In this document: one piece after another, positions 57,201-64,000 of the stretch | How positions within the stretch are numbered: the stretch's first letter is position 1 | Layout of the letters: each line of letters starts with the position of its first letter | From: Gemmatimonadota bacterium | GTDB lineage: Bacteria; Gemmatimonadota; Gemmatimonadetes; Palauibacterales; Palauibacteraceae | NCBI GenBank assembly: GCA_039588215.1 | Contig: JBDHAD010000006.1 | Location: forward strand, 3,864 to 67,863 | DNA: 64,000 nt | Reading direction: 5' to 3' | Position numbers and translations under genes: made by a program | The notes under the pieces: model-generated | Databases searched by the model: none | What the model was told of the DNA's origin: nothing | The model's input: the letters and a program-made list of their open reading frames with translations, nothing else

Positions 57201-57718
57201 TCGGAGAGCTCGCGCAGTGGTACTACGACGTGCGGTCCGGTCTTGGATTCAACAAGGCGCCGGAGGTGTACGGTGCGTTCCCGACGGACCCCTATTCCCA
57301 TACGCCGGGATTCGCCGGCGCCAGACAGCCCGGCATGACGGGGCAGGTCAAGGAAGAGATCATCACCCGGCTGGGAGAGCTCGGCTTGTCCGTGCGAGAG
57401 GGCCGGGTGAGCTTCAACCCTGTCCTCCTGCGGAGAAGCGAGTTCTTGTCGAGCGCTGAGGCATTCGAGTACTACGATGTCGCCGGGAAGCCTCGGACAC
57501 TCGCGCTGGAAGAGGACACGCTGGTCTTCACCTACTGTCAGGTCCCCATCGTCTACCGGATCTCGAAGGAACGGAAGCTGACGCTAGCTCTTTCCGACGG
57601 CACGATCCGCAACCTGGAAGGACTGGTCCTGGACAGGTCCGCGAGTGACGAGATCTTCAGACGATCGGGCAAGATCGTGCGCGTCGACGTGTCCCTCACT
57701 CCCGGGCTGGAGAACTAG
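54254..57718 (+). CDS. Putative glycoside phosphorylase of the GH94/GH149/GH161 type (candidate beta-1,3-glucan phosphorylase)
   Basis: 1154-aa cytoplasmic-looking ORF with no signal peptide. GNWRDIFQNWE (55658-55687) resembles the GH94 xRDxxQD motif. RPEWNDANNAL (Asp codon at 56213-56215) resembles the GH94 catalytic DWND motif. Both comparisons are from memory. The neighbours are GPH and MFS sugar transporters, a GH17-like gene and a GH3 gene. Confidence 0.45.
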   Translation: MNAYPMHVGGARIKRSAGKVSGDYLSLGSERFYRIANYDRMSPFFMSIASASDHWLFISSNGGLTAGRQDSNHALFPYYTEDKIHDNVDHTGSRTILRVLREGKRFLWEPYSRHCGALYDVSRNLYKNVYGNKLMFEEVNHDLQLIFRYTWTLSDEFGFVKRSELVNTSLESASVEVLDGIENILPWGVAESFQNKYSCLGDAYKQNELEGESGLATYAFSSLPGDSAEPAEALRATVCWSTCPRDATRLLSSVQLDRFRRGDAVRTETRMCGRRGAFFVQETKDMAPGGQQDWLIVADVDYGLSEIASLKRIFAEALDLKSLVCEDVEEGTRRLAAIVARADGLQQTGDRLGSAHHFSNVLFNVMRGGVFESSYSIPVADLRDFVRAFNRRTWARQEDSLSALGEHVELDRLLEEARSLGDPEFTRLVLEYLPISFSRRHGDPSRPWNQFSINVKNRDGSKVLDYQGNWRDIFQNWEALCLSFPEYLEGVISKFVNTSTADGYNPYRVTKDGYDWEIPEPGEPWASLGYWGDHQLVYLLKFLELSRNHHPGDLERTLHDRRFVYADVPYDINPYQDLVDDPRDSIAYNTDREARIAARVEAVGFDGRYLADPAGEICRANLAEKLLVPLLAKVCNFVPGAGFWMNTQRPEWNDANNALAGFGASMVTLCYARRYVSFFLDLLGNAESEEVLLNQEVARWLEETSRILTDHRQLLDKGELEDADRKTVLDGLGRVADNHRSGIYANGLSGRSRGVAIDELAAFLRLTLGFFDQTIELNRRDDGLYHAYNVLGISPQGVSVERLNPMLEGQVAVLSSGSLSAEEALSVSRALRQSELYRSDQHSYLLYPNRTLPGFLEKNTIPSAQVERSELFRGLVSDGNTDLVEEDVEGNLHFNSLFRNIRDVRAALERLRNLGYGHQVDEESELVSQIFESVFEHKRFTGRSGTFYGYEGLGCIYWHMVSKLLLAVQECCLAADARGDEAFGELAQWYYDVRSGLGFNKAPEVYGAFPTDPYSHTPGFAGARQPGMTGQVKEEIITRLGELGLSVREGRVSFNPVLLRRSEFLSSAEAFEYYDVAGKPRTLALEEDTLVFTYCQVPIVYRISKERKLTLALSDGTIRNLEGLVLDRSASDEIFRRSGKIVRVDVSLTPGLEN

Positions 57719-57844
57719 CCTGACCTTCTCACTCGAGCTCGTGCGACGCGGCCGGGTGCATCTGAATCCGCAAGGCACCCCTCGGTCGGACCTCCCGGGC
57801 TGGCACCATCGAGCACCTCACGGCTGCTCATCTCCTGGAGAGGG

Positions 57845-59289
57845 ATGGTCATGAGCGGTACCGCGGCCGAAGATCGGGTTCCGTTCGGGCAAAAGGTCGC
57901 GTACGGCGCGGGCATGCTGGGCAACCAGATGTTCCCCGCCGCTCTGGGCGTCTTTATGGTCGTCCTCGTGCAGGGTCTGGGATTCCCGCCGCTTCTGTGG
58001 GGGGTCCTCTTCTTCGTCCCTCGACTCCTCGACGCCGTCACCGACCCGATCATGGGCTTCATCACCGACAACACCAGATCTCGGTGGGGTCGACGGCGGC
58101 CCTACATCTTCCTCGGGGCGATCGTTGCCGGCACTTCGTACCTCGTCATGTGGCAGCTCTACGAGGAGAACAGCCTAGCCTTCAACTTCACGTATTTCCT
58201 GGCCGTGTCCCTGGTCTTCTTCGTCGGTTTGACGATCTTCGCCACACCCTACGTTGCCATGGGCTACGAGATGAGCCGGGACTTCCACGAGCGCACGCGG
58301 CTCATGGCCGTGGCGCAGTGGATCGGCCAGTGGGCGTGGGTGATCGTCCCCTGGTTCTGGCCGCTGATCTACGACCCCGATCTCTTCTCGTCGCCGGCCG
58401 CCGGGGCCAGAAGCCTCTCGATCTGGGTCGGGCTCGGATGCATGGGCCTCGCGCTGGTCCCGGCGATCTTCGTCCGCAGCCCACCGACGACCGACGCCGA
58501 CCACCTGCAGGAGCTGAGCCGGGCGAACCTCAAGGAGAACGTGCGCGTCCTCATCAAGGGCTTCGGTCCTGTCTTCCGGTCCGTGCCCTTCAGGAAGCTG
58601 TGTCTGGCGACCCTGCTGGTGTTCAGCTCGTTCCAGACCGTCGCCGCCTTCTCGTTCTTCATCGTCGTCCACCATTTGTTCGGCGGTGATGCAGGCGTGG
58701 CGGGCGGCTGGCCCGCCTGGTTCGGAACGATCAGCGCTCTCTGCACGTGCTTCCTGGTCATCCCCATCGTCACGTTCGTGTCCCAAAGGATAGGAAAGAA
58801 GGAAAGAAGAACACCTTCCTTCTCGCCCAGTCGGTGTCCATCGTCGGCTACATCCTGTTCTGGTGGTGCTTCCGGCCAGGTCAACCCCTGTTGATGCTGG
58901 TGCCCATTCCCTTCTTCGCGTTCGGAATCGGTGCGCTCTTCACCCTCATGACCTCGATGACCGCGGACGTCTGTGATCTGGACGAGCTGAACACGGGCGC
59001 CAGGCGCGAAGGCACGTTCGGCGCCATCTACTGGTGGATGGTGAAGTTCGGATTGGCCATCGCCGGCGGGTTGAGCGGGCTGATCATGGCTCTGGTCGGG
59101 TTCGTCCCGGACGCGCCCGTGCAAGCACCGGAGGCGATGACCGGGATGAGGATTGCCTACAGCCTCGTCCCGATCGCCGGCGCGCTGCTCGCCATCTGGG
59201 TCATGCGGAACTACGACGTGACCGAGCAGAAGGCACACGAGATCCGGGCCGAGCTGGAGAGGCGCCGCGGCAAGACCGTCTTCGCTTGA
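57845..59289 (+). pseudogene. GPH-family (glycoside-pentoside-hexuronide:cation) symporter interrupted by a +8 frameshift
   Basis: The N-terminal part (57845 frame) carries GPH signatures: FGQKVAYGAGMLGNQMF...LLDAVTDPIMGFITDNTRSRWGRRRPYIF. The C-terminal part continues in the +2 frame to TGA 59287-59289. Deleting one copy of ggaaagaa restores ...VSQRIGKKNTFLLAQSVSIVGYILF..., a 478-aa protein. Confidence 0.75.
58793..58808 (+). repeat. 8-bp tandem duplication ggaaagaa-ggaaagaa causing the GPH frameshift
   Basis: ggaaagaa occurs at 58793-58800 and again at 58801-58808. The reading frame before 58793 equals the 57845 frame, and the frame after 58808 equals the 58747 frame. Confidence 0.95.
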
Positions 59290-59301
59290 GTGGTTCGCTC
59301 C

Positions 59302-60867
59302 TCATGCGCGATCTTTCACGAGGATGGTCTCGAGCTCCTCGAGGGAGCGGCCCTTGGTTTCGGGTAGGACCAGGACCACGAACACGAGGCCGATAGCGGC
59401 AAAGACACCGTAGATCAGGAAGGTGGTCCCGCTACCGAAGTTGGCCAGCTCCCAGGGGAAGACGAGCTGCACGCCAAAGCTGACGGCGGAGTTGATCAGG
59501 CCCACGAACGAGATGGCGATCCCCCGGATCCGGTTCGGGAAGAGCTCCGAGAACAGCACCCACATGACCGGGCCGATGGATACGGCGAACGACGCGACGA
59601 AGGCCAGCACGCCGAAGAGCACCAGCCACGGACTCATCGCGATCGCAGCGTTGATGAAGTCGGACTCGTACTGCGTGGCCAGTTCGTCCCCCAGAGCGCC
59701 TCGAAGGGCTCGCTTGAACGCCACGTCGTTCCCGAACGTGGCATCCTGAAGATCCGCGACGGCCGACACGTTGACTTCCGGCGGCAAGTTCGCCAGAGCA
59801 TCACCGGTGATCGTGTACGTCGCCGAGTAGAACCCGAATGCCAGAACGAACATGGACAGGGCGATACCGGACAGTCCGAGGTTGAGCAATGGCTTGCGAC
59901 CGATCCGGTCGATGAACAGGATCGCGACGACCGTGAAAACCAGGTTGATCAGGCCTACGAGCACCGCCTGTGCGAAGGAGGCGTCCGTGCCGATGCCCGA
60001 CTGCTCGAAGATCATCGGTGCGTAGAAGAACACCGAGTTGATGCCCGTGGCCTGCTGAATGATCGCCACGACGATTCCGATCGTGAGCACGAGCCTCATC
60101 GCGGGGGCGAAGAGCTCGATCAAGGAGGCCTTCCTCGTGCCGGCATCCTTGGCAAGGCTGGTGTGGATCTGGTCGAGCTCTTTTCGGGCCTCGGCTTCGC
60201 CCACGGCATGGGTGAGGATCTTCCGGGCCTCTACCTCACGCCCCTTGAGCAGCAGCCAGCGGGGGCTCTCCGGCACGAAGAACAGGCCGACGAAGTACAC
60301 GACGGCGGGCACTATCTCGAGACCCAACATCCACCGCCAGTTGTACTCCTCGAACATGAGGGACTGCGCCCATCCGGCGTCCGACTGGCCCAGCTGCAGG
60401 ATCAGGTAGTTGGTGAAGAAGGCCGCCGAAATCCCGACGACGATGTTGAGCTGGTTGAACGACACCAAACGTCCGCGCTCGGTTGGTGGCGCGATCTCCG
60501 CGATGTACATCGGCGCAATGATCAGCGAGGCGCCGACCCCGAGACCGCCGATCATGCGGGCAATCACCAAGATGACGAACGTCGGGGCGAGTGCCGACGA
60601 GATGGCCGAGACGGCATACAGGACCGCAGCCAGGAACAGCACCCTGCGGCGCCCGATCCGGTCGCTGAGCGGTCCGGAGAGCATCATGGCCAGGGTGGCG
60701 GTGAGGGTGAGCGAGCTGACGGCCCATCCGAGCTGGATCTTGCTCAGGTCGAACTGTGGCTCTATGAACTTGACGACGCCAGAGATCACGGACGCGTCAA
60801 AGCCCATCAGGAAGCCGCCCATCGCGACCGTAAGCGCGACGCGCATCACATACCGGTATCTGCTCAT
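59302..60867 (-). CDS. Sugar porter family MFS transporter
   Basis: GFLMGFDASVISGV, GRRRVLFLAAVLY, PESPRWLLLKGR and PETKGRSLEELE are classic sugar-porter signatures. ATG at 60865-60867. Confidence 0.9.
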   Translation of the reverse strand: MSRYRYVMRVALTVAMGGFLMGFDASVISGVVKFIEPQFDLSKIQLGWAVSSLTLTATLAMMLSGPLSDRIGRRRVLFLAAVLYAVSAISSALAPTFVILVIARMIGGLGVGASLIIAPMYIAEIAPPTERGRLVSFNQLNIVVGISAAFFTNYLILQLGQSDAGWAQSLMFEEYNWRWMLGLEIVPAVVYFVGLFFVPESPRWLLLKGREVEARKILTHAVGEAEARKELDQIHTSLAKDAGTRKASLIELFAPAMRLVLTIGIVVAIIQQATGINSVFFYAPMIFEQSGIGTDASFAQAVLVGLINLVFTVVAILFIDRIGRKPLLNLGLSGIALSMFVLAFGFYSATYTITGDALANLPPEVNVSAVADLQDATFGNDVAFKRALRGALGDELATQYESDFINAAIAMSPWLVLFGVLAFVASFAVSIGPVMWVLFSELFPNRIRGIAISFVGLINSAVSFGVQLVFPWELANFGSGTTFLIYGVFAAIGLVFVVLVLPETKGRSLEELETILVKDRA

Positions 60868-60879
60868 GGGGACTCCTGG

Positions 60880-60905
60880 GTGATCACGTGACGGACCCGA
60901 TCACG
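60880..60905. promoter_or_regulatory. Overlapping palindromes and a direct repeat in the MFS/GH17 divergent intergenic region (candidate operator)
   Basis: GTGATCAC (60880-60887) and TCACGTGA (60884-60891) are overlapping perfect palindromes. GATCACG recurs at 60882-60888 and 60899-60905. Any function is purely inferred. Confidence 0.2.
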
Positions 60906-60954
60906 CGTCTTCCGCAAACCCCTCGAGCTCCTCGGACGCGTAAGGAGACGACGA

Positions 60955-61965
60955 ATGAAAGGACCGAGATCAGCTGCCATCATCGCTTTGGCCATCGCCG
61001 GATGCTCCGACCCATCCAGCGACGTGGAAGGTCCGCGAGAGTCCGCCCAGGGTTTGTTGGCCGGGGAGGTCATGGCCATCGCCTATTCGGGGTTCCGGGA
61101 AGGGCAGCATCCCGATCGTGGCGATGGGGCCGTGAATCCGAGTGCCGAGGAGATCCTCGAAGATCTCCAGATCCTGGTCGCTCATGACTTCAATCTGATT
61201 CGCATGTACGACTCCGGCGAGAACGCGCGCGAGACGCTCGAGATCATTCGGCAACGCGATCTACCGATCAAGGTCCTGCTGGGAATCTGGCTGGACGCCG
61301 AGTTCAGCAATCACGAGGGGTGCCCGTGGCTGGATGAGCCGATCCCCGACGAGACGCTGGCCGCCAATGCGCTCGAGAACGCGGCCGAGGTCGAGCGCGC
61401 CATCGAGCTGGCGAGGGAGTTCGACGACATCGTGGTCGCCGTCAACGTCGGCAACGAAGCGCTGGTCGAATGGAACGATCACATGGTGCCCCTGGAGCGG
61501 GTTATCGCCTACGTGCGCCAGGTGAAGGGCGCCGTCGAGCAGCCGGTGACGGTCGCCGACAACTACGTCTGGTGGATGCGGGAGGGAGCGCCTCTCGCCG
61601 CCGAAGTCGATTTCCTCGGCGTGCACACCTATCCGGCATGGGAAGGAAAGACAATCGACGAGGCCCTCGCCTTCACGCTCGAGAACATCGGAGGCGTGCA
61701 CGAGGCTCTCCCCGACAAGCCCATCGCGGTCCTCGAAGCCGGTTGGGCCACCGCGGCGATCGAGTTCGGCGACCGTGCCAGCGAGACCAGCCAGGCGCGC
61801 TACTACGACGAGATGCAGGAATGGGCGAGCGCGACCAATACCACCGTGTTCTTCTTCGAGGCCTTCGACGAGCCGTGGAAGGGCGATCCGAACAACCCGA
61901 TGGGCGCCGAGAAACACTGGGGCCTGTTCAACGTCGATCGGACGCCCAAGGAAGTCATGCGCTGA
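60955..61965 (+). CDS. GH17-like (clan GH-A) beta-1,3-glucanase/transglycosylase lipoprotein
   Basis: AAGGAG is 8 nt upstream of ATG 60955, and a lipobox is present (IIALAIAGCS). AVNVGNEALVEW is a candidate acid/base NE motif and IAVLEAGWATA a candidate nucleophile (xExGW), as in GH17 enzymes. Confidence 0.65.
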   Translation: MKGPRSAAIIALAIAGCSDPSSDVEGPRESAQGLLAGEVMAIAYSGFREGQHPDRGDGAVNPSAEEILEDLQILVAHDFNLIRMYDSGENARETLEIIRQRDLPIKVLLGIWLDAEFSNHEGCPWLDEPIPDETLAANALENAAEVERAIELAREFDDIVVAVNVGNEALVEWNDHMVPLERVIAYVRQVKGAVEQPVTVADNYVWWMREGAPLAAEVDFLGVHTYPAWEGKTIDEALAFTLENIGGVHEALPDKPIAVLEAGWATAAIEFGDRASETSQARYYDEMQEWASATNTTVFFFEAFDEPWKGDPNNPMGAEKHWGLFNVDRTPKEVMR

Positions 61966-61968
61966 TCT

Positions 61969-63745
61969 CGGATGCTGGTCGGCCGAGCGCGGCCACGAGA
62001 ACGAGAGCTTGCCCGTAGGCACATGGTCGCCGAACAACACGTCGGCGATCCCGTCTCCCTCTGTACCCGGCAGCCAGATGGCCGCAAGGGCGTCGCTCGC
62101 CTCGAGTGTCTCGTCGACAACCAGCGGCCGCCCGGAAATCAGCAGTGTCACGACAGGTACTCCGGCGGCCGCAGCGTTCGCGACCACGACCCGATCCTCG
62201 GCGCTCAGCTCCAGATCCAGATCATCGCCGTTCATCTCAGCGTAGGGCCGCTCGCCGACGACCACGACGACGACATCTGCGCCTTCGGCGCCCGTCCCGT
62301 TCTCCGAATGTGTGACCTCGGTCCCGTCCGAGACCGCCTTCTCGATCGCAGCGAGAATCGTCGTCCCCTCCGTGATCGCCCCCATCCTGCCCTGCCATTC
62401 GACTGTCCAGCCGCCGCTTTGCATGCCGATGTCGTCTGCGCCCGGCCCGGTCACGTGGATCCGCCCTGCATCCTTCGCGAGAGGCAGCACACCGCCCTCG
62501 TTCTTCAACAGCACCAGTTCGGTGCTCATCCGACCCGAAGCTCGCCTCGAGAGACCGATCCGCGGTCAGCGACCAGTCGTCGTCGAACAGACCTGCGGCG
62601 AACTTCACCCGCAGGATCCGCCGAACTGCGTCGTCGATTCGCTCCAACGGGATCGCCCCCTCCTCGACCAGCTCCTTCAGCGTATTGAAGAACAGCTGAT
62701 ATCGGTCGGGCACCATCACCATGTCCATGCCCGCGTTGATCGACGTTTCGATGTCGCTCTTGTAGTCGCCGGGCAGCTCATCGATCGCCTTGAAGTCGGA
62801 AATGAGAAAACCCTCGAATCCCAGCTCCTCCTTCACGATCTCGGTGAGCAGCCGTCGGCTGCCCGAGCACTTCACTCCGTTCCAACTGCTGTACGACGGC
62901 ATGATCGTGCCGACCCCTGCCGCGACCGCCGAGACATATCCCTCCATGTGGATCCGCCGAAGCTCCTCTTCCGTCAGCGGCACGTCTCCGCGATCGAAGG
63001 GATACTTCGATCCATCGGGGAGAGTCACGCCCGTGTTGATCACCGTTCCGCCGTCGCCCGCCAAGTGCTTGGCAGTTGCAACGACTCTGCTCGGATCGCT
63101 GAGATCATTCCCCTGCAGGCCTCGCACGGCAGCGGCCCCCAGCTCCGCGACCAGCATCGGCTCCTCGGCGAATCCCTCGTAGGTCCGGCCCCAGCGATCG
63201 TCCCTGGGCACCGCGACGGACGGGGCGAAGTTCCAGTTGATCCCGGTGGCTTTGATCTCCTCGGCCGTGATGCGGGCGATCTTCTGCACGAGCTCGGCGT
63301 TGCGCGTCGCCCCGAGACCGATGTTGTGTGGAAAGACCACGGCGCCGAGCACGTTCGAGTGCCCGTGCACGGCGTCGACACCATACAGCAGCGGAATTCC
63401 GAGCCTAGTCTCGAGCGCTTTTGACTGATACATCTCGTACAGCGCCCGCCAGTCCTCGAAACTGTTCGTCGCCGGATCCGAGCCGCCCCCACTCAGAAGG
63501 GACCCCACCATGTACTCGCGAACGTGGTCCACGTCCTCCAGAAACTCCTGGTCCGGCTGCGTCATCTGGCCGACCTTCTCGTCGAGCGTCATCTCCGCCA
63601 GCAGCTCGTCGACCCGATCGTCAAACGAGACGTAGAGGGCCTGGCTGGAAGGGCGTTCGTCGTGGGCCTGACCGGAAGGCGATTCGTCGGTCGCGCCGCA
63701 CGATGTGCAGACCATGGCCAGCATGAGCAAGACTATCCGATTCAT
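61969..63745 (-). pseudogene. GH3 beta-glucosidase/exo-beta-1,3-glucanase gene with internal frameshift and missing 3' end
   Basis: The N-terminal domain lies in the frame of ORF 62237..63775: [34 protein letters not shown] (nucleophile region). The C-terminal domain lies in the frame of ORF 61261..62529: [13 protein letters not shown]...GGWTVEWQG...[11 protein letters not shown]...LISGRPL...AAIWLPGTEGDG...GKLSFSWPRSADQ. The frames switch near 62510-62524. Similarity stops at 61969, 3 nt from the GH17 stop, and no stop codon follows. ATG at 63743-63745 with GGAGG upstream. Confidence 0.7.
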
Positions 63746-64000
63746 CCAAAGTCCTCCGAGGAAGGCTGTCGGCACAGCGCCACCGTGCGCGGCAATCTCG
63801 CTGTGATGATTCCGTCAAGGCCGCATGCGGCGGCGGGCCATCGTATCAGTCTAGGTGGTGCGCCTTGCCGGCTCCAGGTCTCGGCGCCTCGACCCTCTGG
63901 TAGATTCCGCTGGCTACATCGCCAGGGCCGTTCACAACTCGGTGGCGCACAACCGACCTCGAAGGGAACGAGATGACGACAGACAGCACCCGTCTCTCGG

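Noticed and set aside
61261-61968. Continuation of the GH3 reading frame through the GH17 gene (the last ~235 codons of ORF 61261..62529)
   Set aside because: No GH3-like sequence occurs after ...SADQHP. The stretch is exactly antisense to GH17, which has its own RBS, lipobox and catalytic motifs. I treat it as read-through caused by loss of the GH3 stop, not as coding sequence.
63973-64000. Possible gene start (ATG 63973, MTTDSTRLS...) after a GAAGGGA motif at the right edge
   Set aside because: Only 9 codons are visible, which is too little to support a feature or a function. It could be the locus regulator, but that is a guess.

Overview
This is a high-GC bacterial chromosomal segment. 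Hand-counted 60-nt lines mostly give 60-72% G+C. It is densely coded, and I support about 37 protein genes. I saw no rRNA, tRNA, CRISPR array, transposase or integrase by eye.

Gene content, in order:
- a GMC-oxidoreductase pair at the left edge;
- an MscS-family channel gene joined by a GTGA stop/start overlap to a 1156-codon protein with a C-terminal degenerate P-loop ATPase module;
- several secreted amidohydrolases and peptidases (PD40-amidohydrolase, M14, S10) and a DAACS symporter;
- an epimerase/PAP2/epimerase envelope operon close to a GT21 (ceramide-glucosyltransferase-like) gene;
- a Ser/Thr kinase and a TPR protein that share the same periplasmic module;
- tamA-tamB;
- a GNAT/ADP-forming acyl-CoA synthetase fusion;
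- a roughly 0.45-kb low-GC islet (about 45% G+C) carrying one DUF3788-like gene;
- a convergent pair of FG-GAP/ASPIC (CRTAC1-like) genes;
- a Cache-HAMP-PAS-PAS sensor with no output domain;
- a BNR/Asp-box protein;
- at the right end, a beta-1,3-glucan (laminarin)-type locus with a 1154-aa GH94/GH149-like putative phosphorylase, a GPH symporter, a sugar-porter MFS, a GH17-like gene and a GH3 gene.

In that locus the GPH gene carries an 8-bp tandem duplication. The GH3 gene has an internal frameshift and has lost its 3' end exactly at the GH17 stop codon.

The items most worth follow-up are the MscS-ATPase pair, the putative glucan phosphorylase locus with its lesions, the low-GC islet with its unassigned flank, and the output-less sensor.

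Many long ORFs in the supplied track are antisense or alternate-frame artefacts of high GC, and I rejected them. The track also labels GTG and TTG starts as M, so I re-picked starts by eye using signal peptides, domain starts and GGAGG-like sites. All family assignments come from motif recognition without database searches.
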